Position numbers and translations under genes: made by a program. From the IMG/VR virus record IMGVR_UViG_3300033146_000850, positions 32,001-96,000 of that record: a stretch of DNA of 64,000 bases; one strand, given 5' to 3'. Under the pieces are notes generated by a model. The model did no database searches. It was given only the letters and a program-made list of their open reading frames with translations, and was not told where the DNA came from. Shown here piece by piece: positions 9,497-18,454 of this stretch (position 1 is its first letter; each line of letters begins with the position of its first letter). The stretch is from a virus.

Positions 9497-9600
9497 ATTG
9501 ATTAGGGTTGTAATACTAAGATACCCTAACTATAAAGGTATGATACTAAAAAACCTTAACTAAAAGGATTTAATACTAAAAAATCCTAACTAATTTTTAT
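9497..9600 (+). ncRNA. Putative structured ncRNA 2: three 30-nt hairpin repeats with conserved ATACTAA loop
   Basis: Exact 30-nt period (9501, 9531, 9561). The stems differ but each pairs perfectly (TTAGGGT/ACCCTAA, AAGGT/ACCTT, AGGATTT/AAATCCT), with invariant ATACTAA and TAAC. U-rich tail. Confidence 0.7.
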
Positions 9601-9627
9601 TTAAATATTAAAAGGGGGTGACCACAT

Positions 9628-11658
9628 ATGATAACGTATAAACTTTGGAGTGAGGTTGACGCTGTAACATCAGGTGATATTGTAGTATATGGTAATGAAT
9701 TATGGGAGGCTACTTCTAATATTTCACCTGCTTATTATGGAGATAAAAGTAATACTCCAACATTCAGTCCAAATTGGAAAAAATCAAATAATACTCAATA
9801 TATTAATGTAAAATATATTAATCATTTTATAGAAGTTAAAATTGACACATCTGTTGATGATGTTACATTCATATTACCTGACCCATCTCTTAATAATAGA
9901 AAAGATATACACGTAGCTTTAAATACATCTGGCAATACATTGACAATTGAGACAAATACACCAACTGTCAAGATTAATAATAGTATAACTAGTATGGATT
10001 TTAATGTATCCGCTGATAGTATAGTACTTCATCCATCTAGTGATATAAATTATCAAATACGCTCGGAGGTTGCCGATAAACCACCTTTAGTTTTTTGTTG
10101 TAGACCAGGGTCAACGCAATCTTTTACAACTACATTAACCAATATTAATTATGATACAATATTATTAGATAAAGGTTCATTTGCTCATCTATCATCTGGG
10201 GAAATATATTTCGATATAGGTGGTATTTATAATATATCTGTATCATATGGTGGAAGAGTTACAAATAATAGTAGAACAGAGGTTAATGGATATTTACAAA
10301 TAAATAAAGGTAGTGGTTTTGTAAATGTTCCTGATTTACAACTTAATGCGTATCATAGACATATTAGTCAAGGTGCTGATGGTGACAGTCAAACAATATC
10401 ATTAGAAATAGAAGCTGGTGATATTATTCGTGTTCAAGTTGTTGGTGATGGTGGTTCTATTGAGACTATCCCTGCTAGTTGTACTATAAATATCACGGTA
10501 TCTAAAGGGTTGCGAGGTGAAAAAGGGGAAAAAGGTGAGCAAGGTTTTGATGGAGCAGATGGTGACATTACCTGGGAAGGTGGTTGGACAGCTGGAACAT
10601 ATCAAGAAAATATGGCAGTTGAATATAATGGGTCATCTTTTGTTTGTATTCAAAATGGAACGAATATTAATCCTGGCACACCAGACACCCCAAATTCTGG
10701 GTGGGAATTGCTTGCAAAAAAGGGGTCTGATGGTTCAGGGGCTACCATTAACGTATCCGAAGATGGAACTATGGCTACCAATACCCCACACGGAACTCTT
10801 AATTTCAAAAAAGGAGTTATTATTAGTGATGCTGGCGGAGGCGTTGCTGATATAAATATAGTGAATGTTCAACCTTATATTGGTAATAATGATGATGTTT
10901 TATTATTTATAAATGTAACTGGGGATATTTTTATCGCTGGGGATAATTTTGATAATAATATGTCTGTTGATTTAGGAAGTGATGTTACTGTAAATTATAT
11001 TGAGGCGTTGACACCAAATAATTTAAAAATTAACTATACTACAAGTTCAAGCATTCAATCCGCTGTTAATATTGAATTTACAAGAAACGGTATTCCATCA
11101 TTTGGTCACACTATTACTTGTACGGTCACTGATGTTATAATTGGAAATGGTGTTGCTGGAACGTGGGTTGAAAATTTCAACACATCATCCTGGAGTACAC
11201 CAAGATGGAATGTTGTAGAAGGTAGTAGTTTAACTAATTTTTTCCATACAGGAGTATCTACACCATCAGGTAATACTGGAGCAACTAGTGCATATGATGG
11301 TAATTTCTTATACGGTGAGAGGTCTAACCCTAATAATGGAGTTGGTAGCTCATACAATGCATATGCAGAAACTTCTGATTTTCATGATTTGACACAAGTT
11401 AGCTTTATGCTTCATAAATGGTCAAGTACACCATCAAATATGGGTGACCTAGTAATATATTCACAAAATTCTAATAACACGTGGACGGAAAGATGGAGAC
11501 ATACTGGAAATGAACAGACAGCACAAGGTGACGCTTTTGTTCAAATTACTCTTAATGCAATTCCCTGGGATTGTAAAGGAATTAGAATAATGTTCGAGGC
11601 GGTTTCTAGTTATATGTCTGATATTTGTATCGATGATGTCGAAATTATTTCAATTTAA
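9628..11658 (+). CDS. Collagen-containing multi-domain fibre protein (CBM-like, C1q-like, GXY, MAM-like C-terminus)
   Basis: GLRGEKGEKGEQGFDGADG collagen triplets; two WxxxTY/GDIV.Y.G-type modules; C-terminal TPSGNTGATSAYDGNFLYGE...SDICIDDV resembles a MAM domain. Confidence 0.65.
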   Translation: MITYKLWSEVDAVTSGDIVVYGNELWEATSNISPAYYGDKSNTPTFSPNWKKSNNTQYINVKYINHFIEVKIDTSVDDVTFILPDPSLNNRKDIHVALNTSGNTLTIETNTPTVKINNSITSMDFNVSADSIVLHPSSDINYQIRSEVADKPPLVFCCRPGSTQSFTTTLTNINYDTILLDKGSFAHLSSGEIYFDIGGIYNISVSYGGRVTNNSRTEVNGYLQINKGSGFVNVPDLQLNAYHRHISQGADGDSQTISLEIEAGDIIRVQVVGDGGSIETIPASCTINITVSKGLRGEKGEKGEQGFDGADGDITWEGGWTAGTYQENMAVEYNGSSFVCIQNGTNINPGTPDTPNSGWELLAKKGSDGSGATINVSEDGTMATNTPHGTLNFKKGVIISDAGGGVADINIVNVQPYIGNNDDVLLFINVTGDIFIAGDNFDNNMSVDLGSDVTVNYIEALTPNNLKINYTTSSSIQSAVNIEFTRNGIPSFGHTITCTVTDVIIGNGVAGTWVENFNTSSWSTPRWNVVEGSSLTNFFHTGVSTPSGNTGATSAYDGNFLYGERSNPNNGVGSSYNAYAETSDFHDLTQVSFMLHKWSSTPSNMGDLVIYSQNSNNTWTERWRHTGNEQTAQGDAFVQITLNAIPWDCKGIRIMFEAVSSYMSDICIDDVEIISI

Positions 11659-11660
11659 AC

Positions 11661-11689
11661 TTGACAAATCATAAATTATAATGTAATAT
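11661..11689 (+). promoter_or_regulatory. Sigma70-type (early) promoter
   Basis: TTGACA-17 nt-TAATAT upstream of the radical SAM gene. Confidence 0.6.
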
Positions 11690-11722
11690 GTTTTTGTTGT
11701 TATTTATTTTAGAGGTTTAATT

Positions 11723-12706
11723 ATGAAGTTAGAAAATATTGGATTCTATAGTTTATATGATGAACGTGTTAAAAATGTTAGTCCAAAATCTCAAATGAAA
11801 AGATGTGAAATGATTATTACTGAATATTGTAATTTCAAATGTCCATATTGTAGAGGTTTGGATAATGGGATATATGGTGATAGGAAAAAGAAAGAATTAT
11901 CTTTTGATGAAATTAAAAGAAATATTGATTTGTGGTGTTTAAATGAACCTCTTGAAAATATTAGATTTTCAGGTGGTGAGCCAACTTTACATTCAGACAT
12001 AGTCAACATTGTTAAATATGCTAAATCTAAAAAAATTAAAAGAATAGCAATATCAACTAATGGGTCTAATAACATTGATTTATATAAAGAACTTATTGAT
12101 GCTGGTGTTAATGATTTTTCTATATCTTTGGATGCTAATTGTTCATCAGATGGCGATATGCTGGCTGGTTACATTGAGGGTTCTTGGAATATAGTTGTTG
12201 AAAATATTAAAATATTATCAAAATTGACATATGTAACGGTTGGTGTGGTGTTATCACCTGATAATATATCCAACACTGTATCAACCATTAATTTTGCACA
12301 CGACTTAGGAGTTGATGATATTAGAATTATATCATCCGCACAATGGAATAAACCTATTCCTGGATTAAAAAAGGTTAGTAAAGAGGTTCGGGATGCTCAT
12401 CCAATCTTAAATTATAGAATAGAACATTTTGCAAATGGTAGAAATGTTAGAGGAATAAAAGCAACTGATTCTAATAAATGTTCATTGGTTTTAGATGATA
12501 GTGTTATTGCTGGTGATTATCATTTTCCTTGTGTAATATATATGAGAGAGAAGGGTGCTCCTATTGGTAAAATAAATACTAATATGAGAAATGATAGAGT
12601 TAAATGGTTTGAAACCCATAACACTTATTTAGATGATATTTGTAGAAATAATTGTTTAGACGTTTGTATAGACTATAATAACAAATATAATTGTTATAAA
12701 CATTAA
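11723..12706 (+). CDS. Radical SAM enzyme with Cys-rich (SPASM/twitch-like) C-terminus
   Basis: CNFKCPYC (CxxxCxxC), FSGGEPTL and ISTNG motifs; C-terminal C...FPC...CRNNCLDVC. Confidence 0.9.
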   Translation: MKLENIGFYSLYDERVKNVSPKSQMKRCEMIITEYCNFKCPYCRGLDNGIYGDRKKKELSFDEIKRNIDLWCLNEPLENIRFSGGEPTLHSDIVNIVKYAKSKKIKRIAISTNGSNNIDLYKELIDAGVNDFSISLDANCSSDGDMLAGYIEGSWNIVVENIKILSKLTYVTVGVVLSPDNISNTVSTINFAHDLGVDDIRIISSAQWNKPIPGLKKVSKEVRDAHPILNYRIEHFANGRNVRGIKATDSNKCSLVLDDSVIAGDYHFPCVIYMREKGAPIGKINTNMRNDRVKWFETHNTYLDDICRNNCLDVCIDYNNKYNCYKH

Positions 12707-13174
12707 TTAATCAGTGATAATAATATCACATAGAGAATCCATTGTTTTTTGATTTATAGTTTCAGGAAAATTTTCAATTTTTATCTTGTAAATATCAATA
12801 TCAACCTCTTCTTCCATAAAATTAGAATACTCTGTCGATTCCTGTTCATATTTTTCAATTACATTTTTATATCTTTCTTTTAATTCTTCAAAATCAGAGT
12901 TTAATTGTTCCATATCTTTAATTTTAGGGGTTTGGGTTTGCACATTCTCCCAATCAATACTCCCATCTTCATTTTTAACTGCATTTTTAACAAGCATTTC
13001 AACTCTTTCTTTTTCATAAGCCTCATCTATTTTTGGTTTATGCTCTTCAACCATTTTAAGCTCTTCTAGTATTATCTTCTTATTTCTAGATATTGCATAT
13101 GCAAATTTCACTGGATACACACCTGTTAATCCATTAAGTGTCGAATAAATGTTAGCTAAATCATTTCTGTTCAT
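12707..13174 (-). CDS. Hypothetical helical protein
   Basis: 155-aa ORF with GAGG RBS; coiled-coil-like. Confidence 0.6.
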   Translation of the reverse strand: MNRNDLANIYSTLNGLTGVYPVKFAYAISRNKKIILEELKMVEEHKPKIDEAYEKERVEMLVKNAVKNEDGSIDWENVQTQTPKIKDMEQLNSDFEELKERYKNVIEKYEQESTEYSNFMEEEVDIDIYKIKIENFPETINQKTMDSLCDIIITD

Positions 13175-13191
13175 TGTCTTACCTCTTTTTA

Positions 13192-14577
13192 TTATAATTG
13201 TTTAACTGCTAAGTCCGCAAGTTCAGACCGTTCACCTTTTTCCAATACTATATGTCCTGTTAATGGGGAATTCTTCAATCTATCCATTGTATAAATTAAT
13301 CCATTATTTTCTTTTGTTAAATATGGATTATCTATTTGATATGGGTCACCGGTTAAAATTATTTTTGTACCCTCCCCAGCTCTTGAAATAATAGTTTTAA
13401 TTTCAAACGCATTTAAATTTTGTGATTCATCTATAATTATAAATTGATTGGGTATGCTTCTACCTCTAATATATGTTAAAGCCTCTACTTGTAAAAATTC
13501 ACTTTCTAACAGCTCGGATACATTTTTAAAATCATATTTTCCAACCCCTGATAAATAATTATTGTTTTCAACCAATATATATTCAAGATTATCAATAATT
13601 GGTTGTGTCCAAGGTGTTAATTTTTCTTCAATAGTACCTGGTAAATATCCTATATCATTACCCATTGGAAAAATTGGTCTAGCCACTGTTAATTTATTAT
13701 ATTTACCATCTTCAATAACCTCTCTTATTCCTGATGCGATTGCCAATAATGTTTTACCAGTACCAGCGGCACCTATTAAACTGACTAATTGGATTGAAGG
13801 GTTTAATAACATATCTACAGCAATAGTTTGTTCTATATTTCTAGCATTAATACCAGCAACTTTATTTTTTTTACCTTTATATTCTTTTATTCTAACAAAA
13901 GTAGGTTGTTGATTTTTAGGTTCTGAGTATCTAACAATAACCTGATTTTGATTATCCCCTTTATTTTTAAATAGAAAATATTCATTGGGATATTTATCCT
14001 CAAGGTCTTCGATTCTATCGATATCAACGTATCCATTATTATAAATTTCAGAAATAATATCTCCATTTACTAACAATGTTCTAAATCCTTTAGATAAATT
14101 AGAAAAATTAACAGAATCTGTAGTATACGTTTCAGTATTCAATCCCATTATATCCCCTTTTATCCTAACATTAACATCCCTACTCACAAGAGTGACATTA
14201 TTTGTGCTATTATTTTCATCATCTCTTATTTTGCAAGCTGTAGCTAGTATTATGTTATCATTTATAGATAAATCTAATTCATAACACATTAATTGTTTAG
14301 TCTTAAATTGTACGATTTGTATAATACCACCATTCTCGGTTGCCACACCATCTATAAGACTACCTTTTGTTCTTAATTTATCAATTTCTCTGGAAAAGTT
14401 TCGTGCGGAATACCCTAATTGACCTGTATCTTTTTTAAATTTGTCAATTTCTTCAATTACAACCATTGGAATAATGACAATATTGTCTTGAAAATTCAAT
14501 AAAGCCTTTGGTTCCGATAGAATCACGTTTGTGTCTAAGATAAATATTTTCTTATCCATATTACCACCTAAAATCAA
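13192..14577 (-). CDS. phoH: PIN-PhoH family protein (PhoH2/YlaK-like)
   Basis: N-terminal PIN (ILDTNVIL...EEIDKFK...NDNIIL...SRDVNVRIK) plus PhoH ATPase (GAAGTGKT, GYLPG, IRGRS, DESQN, GDPYQID). Likely start at MDKK. Confidence 0.93.
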   Translation of the reverse strand: MILGGNMDKKIFILDTNVILSEPKALLNFQDNIVIIPMVVIEEIDKFKKDTGQLGYSARNFSREIDKLRTKGSLIDGVATENGGIIQIVQFKTKQLMCYELDLSINDNIILATACKIRDDENNSTNNVTLVSRDVNVRIKGDIMGLNTETYTTDSVNFSNLSKGFRTLLVNGDIISEIYNNGYVDIDRIEDLEDKYPNEYFLFKNKGDNQNQVIVRYSEPKNQQPTFVRIKEYKGKKNKVAGINARNIEQTIAVDMLLNPSIQLVSLIGAAGTGKTLLAIASGIREVIEDGKYNKLTVARPIFPMGNDIGYLPGTIEEKLTPWTQPIIDNLEYILVENNNYLSGVGKYDFKNVSELLESEFLQVEALTYIRGRSIPNQFIIIDESQNLNAFEIKTIISRAGEGTKIILTGDPYQIDNPYLTKENNGLIYTMDRLKNSPLTGHIVLEKGERSELADLAVKQL

Positions 14578-14687
14578 GTTAATAACGTCTCATATCTTAT
14601 TTATATCTATAAGATTTAAAAGAAAATTTAAAATTTATTTTGTTTATGGTCAATATTATGATAAATAATATAGTGGAATGATTATTA

Positions 14688-15005
14688 TTGAGGATTATTA
14701 TGAAAATAGATGTAACTTATGCTTTTATATCTGGAGCATTATTTGTTTATACTGATTCTACAGCTGAAAATAGTATTGAAAAACAATTAGTTAAAAATTT
14801 TGGTGATGCAGTTCAGTTTATGATTAGAGATAAGTTAAAAGGTTTGGATACTGATGATGGCAATTTTTTAGGTATTAATTTTAATGAGGAAAAACAAAAA
14901 AATGTTGAAATTATAATAAAAAGAGTTGTTAATACAGTATCTATTGAGTTTAAATGTCCTTTTAAATTAAATATCAAATATGTGAGGGATGAATATGACA
15001 AATAA
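14688..15005 (+). CDS. Hypothetical protein
   Basis: ORF preceded by GATAAATA (14660) and a GAGG RBS before MKID. Confidence 0.55.
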   Translation: MRIIMKIDVTYAFISGALFVYTDSTAENSIEKQLVKNFGDAVQFMIRDKLKGLDTDDGNFLGINFNEEKQKNVEIIIKRVVNTVSIEFKCPFKLNIKYVRDEYDK

Positions 15006-15630
15006 ATTTACAATCATTAGTGATATAGATGATGTTGTCCGTGATTTAAAAAATAAAATAAAGGAATCAATGAATCTTTTTTATAAAACTGATAAATGGG
15101 GTGATTATTTTTTAAAAAATGAAAAAATAACGGATTTATTCAACTGGTACAGGGTTCAACCCTTTTATCATAATCTTTTTAAAAATTGCGATATGAATGA
15201 TGATTTAATTATTAGATATATTGAAATATGTAAGAAATATGGCTGTGAATTACATTTTTTATCATCAAATGATAATGAAAAAGCTATAAACAACACTAAA
15301 AATGAGTTTTTATTGAATTATGGGATTAAATTTGACAATATGCATTTTGTTAATAACTGGTTTGAAAAATTAGACAAAGTTATTAATAATCCTGATATTT
15401 TTGGTGGTGATTTGACTAAAATTATATATATCGATGATAGGGCTGACACTTGTCAATTATTTATCGATAATGGAATCACTTCTTTTTGGTTTACAGGTTA
15501 TGGTGATGATAATAATAGAGATAATTGGATTCGATTGGATGAAAAATATGAAAATTTGAATTATGGTGGAAATGATGAATTATTATTATTTATTGAAAAT
15601 ATAATCCATCATAAATATAGTAGTATGTAG
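14989..15630 (+). CDS. HAD-superfamily hydrolase, 5'(3')-deoxyribonucleotidase-like
   Basis: DIDDVV motif I, LSS motif II and YIDDR motif IV. Confidence 0.7.
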   Translation: MNMTNKFTIISDIDDVVRDLKNKIKESMNLFYKTDKWGDYFLKNEKITDLFNWYRVQPFYHNLFKNCDMNDDLIIRYIEICKKYGCELHFLSSNDNEKAINNTKNEFLLNYGIKFDNMHFVNNWFEKLDKVINNPDIFGGDLTKIIYIDDRADTCQLFIDNGITSFWFTGYGDDNNRDNWIRLDEKYENLNYGGNDELLLFIENIIHHKYSSM

Positions 15631-15651
15631 TAACTTTTTAGGAGTAATAAG

Positions 15652-17277
15652 ATGTCAAAAACTATTTTATTAGGTGATGAGGGGAAAACAAAGATTATGA
15701 ACGGTGTTAACACGTTAGCTAATGCTGTAAAAATAACACTAGGACCGAGTGGGCGTAATGTTATCATTGGTAGAGGTTATGGTGGGGCACACGTAACAAA
15801 GGATGGGGTAACGGTAGCTACAAATATTGAATTAGAGGATACTGTAGAGAATGAAGGTGCTAAATTTATTAGAGAAGTAGCATCTAGAACTAATGATGTT
15901 GCTGGTGATGGAACAACAACAGCCACAGTTTTAGCACAGAGCATACTTAGTAATGGATATTCTCTTTCTCGTGATAAAAATTATAATTATATTGGTATTA
16001 AAAGAGGTATAGACTTCGCTATTGATACGGTTATCTCAAAAATAAATAAAATGGCTAGAAAAATCGAAACATCTAAAGAAATTGAAAATATTGGAACAAT
16101 ATCTGCAAATAATGATAGAGAAATTGGTAAAATTTTAGCAGATGCAATGGATGAGGTTGGTAGAGATGGTGTTATAACCATAGAAAGTGGAACTGGTATG
16201 GACACATCATTAGAAATAGTTGAGGGTATGCAATTTGATAGAGGATATGTGTCACCATATTTCTCAACAAATGAAGATTTGAGTTGTACATTAGAGAATC
16301 CATATATACTAATATATGATAAACCTATTAGTAATTTGAAAGATATCGTTCCAATTCTTGATATTATCATTAAAGAGAGTCGTCCATTATTAATAATATC
16401 TGATGGTGTTACTGCGGATGCATTGCAAGGTCTCATTATTAATAAAATGAATAATATTTTAAAGGTATGTGCAGTCAATGCCCCTGAATTTGGGAAAGCA
16501 AAGTATGATGCACTTCAAGATATTTCTATCTTGACTGGTGGAACATTCATATCAGATGAATTAGGTATTAAATTACCAAATGTGAATATTGATATGTTGG
16601 GAAAAGCCAAGAAAGTTGTTGTCACTGCAAATAATACTATGATTATTGATGGATTAGGCTCGGATGATGAAATCGAGAAACGAGCTAGAAATATAAAAAC
16701 ACTTATTGATAATACTAATATAGATAGTGAAAAAGAACAACACCAAAGAAGATTAGCTAAACTTATTGGTGGTGTTGCAATTGTTAAAATTGGAGCAACA
16801 ACTGAAACAGAAATGAAAGAAAAGAAGGATAGAGCAATTGATGCTCTAAACGCCACAAAATCAGCCGTAGAAGAAGGAATCGTAGCTGGGGGTGGCGTAG
16901 CATTAGTTAAGGCACAAAAGAGCTTAGAAGCGATTATTGACAACAATAAAGATTTAGATGATTCTGAATTATTGGGAGTGTCTATTGTTAAAATGGCGAT
17001 AGAGTCACCTTTCAATCAAATTTTAAGTAATTTAGGATATTCTAGTGAAAAAATATCAGATATTAAGAGATATATTGATTCGACCCATATTAATTATGGA
17101 TACGATGCAAAAAATGAAAAATTTGTTGATATGATTGAGAGCGGAATAATTGACCCAGCTAAAGTAACTAAAAATGCGTTAAAAAATGCGGGGTCTATTG
17201 CTGGTACAGTATTAACAACGGAAGTTGTAATAGTTGAAAATTTAGAACCTGGTGTAGATATGCATTTACCAAAATAA
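15652..17277 (+). CDS. groEL: Chaperonin GroEL
   Basis: TLGPSGRNV, VTKDGVTVA, AGDGTTTATVLA, GMQFDRGY, EEGIVAGGG and IIDPAKV motifs. Confidence 0.98.
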   Translation: MSKTILLGDEGKTKIMNGVNTLANAVKITLGPSGRNVIIGRGYGGAHVTKDGVTVATNIELEDTVENEGAKFIREVASRTNDVAGDGTTTATVLAQSILSNGYSLSRDKNYNYIGIKRGIDFAIDTVISKINKMARKIETSKEIENIGTISANNDREIGKILADAMDEVGRDGVITIESGTGMDTSLEIVEGMQFDRGYVSPYFSTNEDLSCTLENPYILIYDKPISNLKDIVPILDIIIKESRPLLIISDGVTADALQGLIINKMNNILKVCAVNAPEFGKAKYDALQDISILTGGTFISDELGIKLPNVNIDMLGKAKKVVVTANNTMIIDGLGSDDEIEKRARNIKTLIDNTNIDSEKEQHQRRLAKLIGGVAIVKIGATTETEMKEKKDRAIDALNATKSAVEEGIVAGGGVALVKAQKSLEAIIDNNKDLDDSELLGVSIVKMAIESPFNQILSNLGYSSEKISDIKRYIDSTHINYGYDAKNEKFVDMIESGIIDPAKVTKNALKNAGSIAGTVLTTEVVIVENLEPGVDMHLPK

Positions 17278-17290
17278 AATTAAAAATTTG

Positions 17291-17331
17291 ACTTAGTCAT
17301 CAATTTGTGATATTATTATTGATGACTAAGT
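17291..17331. terminator. 14-bp inverted repeat between convergent genes, overlapping a sigma70-like promoter
   Basis: ACTTAGTCATCAAT/ATTGATGACTAAGT perfect stem; overlaps TTGACT(17288)-17 nt-TATTAT(17311). Confidence 0.6.
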
Positions 17332-17335
17332 TATT

Positions 17336-17626
17336 TTATAATGATAATTTTATTTTAACAGGTCGTTTTGAGAAACTTTTAAAATCGGGTCTAGATTTGA
17401 TATCTTTGATTGCTTCGGATGCGTTTTTGGCAAACGAATACACGGTCATACTAGCACCACCGTGTATGGTGTAAATATCCGCAATGAATGCTGGTTGTGA
17501 TTTAGTTTTTTGTTTCTTCATTAAGCCAGATATTGTTTTTTTAACTTCTCTATCTGCACGCTCTTGTTCGATTGATTTTTTAGTTTCTGTTATTAATAGG
17601 TCTTTAAAATTCATAATACGCTCCAT
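17336..17626 (-). CDS. Small basic protein with capsid-targeting-like N-terminus
   Basis: Probable start at 17614 (GGAG RBS) gives MNFKDLLITE, resembling T4 internal-protein leaders. Confidence 0.5.
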   Translation of the reverse strand: MERIMNFKDLLITETKKSIEQERADREVKKTISGLMKKQKTKSQPAFIADIYTIHGGASMTVYSFAKNASEAIKDIKSRPDFKSFSKRPVKIKLSL

Positions 17627-17635
17627 TAAATAATA

Positions 17636-17956
17636 TTGGGGTTTATTTTATTTATTATTTTATTGAGGGATTATATGACAAATAAATATGATAAAGTTAT
17701 TAAACAAGCTACTTATTGTTTAGATAGTTTGGAGAATGGTAAACATTCTAATCAAATTATGGAAATGTCTTTTATTATAAGGGGGATATTATCCCATTTT
17801 AAACGTAAAAAAACATTGTCTGATAGACAGATAGACACTGTTTATAAATTTAATAGTATGCTAATAACAGATAGATACAATAACAAAGTTATTGAATTAT
17901 ATAATGAATATCAAAAAGAAATTCATAATTATTGGGAGAATATTCAAGAATTATAG
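17636..17956 (+). CDS. Hypothetical protein
   Basis: Probable start MTNKY after a GAGG RBS. Confidence 0.55.
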   Translation: MGFILFIILLRDYMTNKYDKVIKQATYCLDSLENGKHSNQIMEMSFIIRGILSHFKRKKTLSDRQIDTVYKFNSMLITDRYNNKVIELYNEYQKEIHNYWENIQEL

Positions 17957-17965
17957 GAGGTTGGT

Positions 17966-18376
17966 ATGAATAATAATGAGTTTTTAAATGTTTTTGATGG
18001 AATATTTAATAATAAGAATAACAAATATCAAAATGATTATGATTACCAAGATGATGAAAAACCAACAGCTTTAAAAACTAATATATATAAAGATAAAGTG
18101 TCTAATAGATATATTGTAATTGCTGAAATAAAAGATTGTAAAAAAACAGATATATGTATTTCTTATGATTCAAATGAACGCATATTATCAATTAAAGCAA
18201 AAATAGGAAAACATTTAAATTTTCCACTTACAAATATATCAACTCTTAATGAACAAATAAAATACGAAGAGCGTGAAACTACTATTCATTTTAAATATGC
18301 AAACATATTATTTGATGAAATATATCAAAACATTGAAAATTCATATTTATATTTATATATTCCAACAATAAAATAA
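17966..18376 (+). CDS. Small heat-shock protein (Hsp20/alpha-crystallin)-like
   Basis: TNIYKD...YIVIAEIKDCKKTDICISYD...LSIKA...ENSYLYLYIP pattern. Confidence 0.6.
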   Translation: MNNNEFLNVFDGIFNNKNNKYQNDYDYQDDEKPTALKTNIYKDKVSNRYIVIAEIKDCKKTDICISYDSNERILSIKAKIGKHLNFPLTNISTLNEQIKYEERETTIHFKYANILFDEIYQNIENSYLYLYIPTIK

Positions 18377-18390
18377 AAATCAAAATAAAC

Positions 18391-18419
18391 TTGACAAACA
18401 TATTTTTATGTGATATATT
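18391..18419 (+). promoter_or_regulatory. Sigma70-type promoter with extended -10
   Basis: TTGACA-N12-TGTGA-TATATT. Confidence 0.65.
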
Positions 18420-18454
18420 ACATTTGACTATTTTTTACTTTTAAGGAGATTGAC

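Noticed and set aside
9498-9563. Short peptide ORF (LIRVVILRYPNYKGMILKNLN*) across the 30-nt repeats
   Set aside because: No RBS, an in-frame stop at the start of the third unit, and the substitutions preserve base pairing rather than amino acids.
3869-9600. Canonical type III toxin-antitoxin or TIGR-Tas loci
   Set aside because: Type III antitoxin repeats lie upstream of a small RNase toxin, whereas these follow a large fibre-like gene and precede unrelated fibre genes. There is no Nop-domain protein, and the variable segments pair with each other instead of looking like guides. An antitoxin-mimic role cannot be fully excluded.
15987-17015. Long antisense ORFs inside groEL, and similar shadow ORFs inside phoH, rnh, the scaffold and the capsid gene
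   Set aside because: They fully overlap well-supported genes, lack RBS or motifs, and are expected from codon bias.
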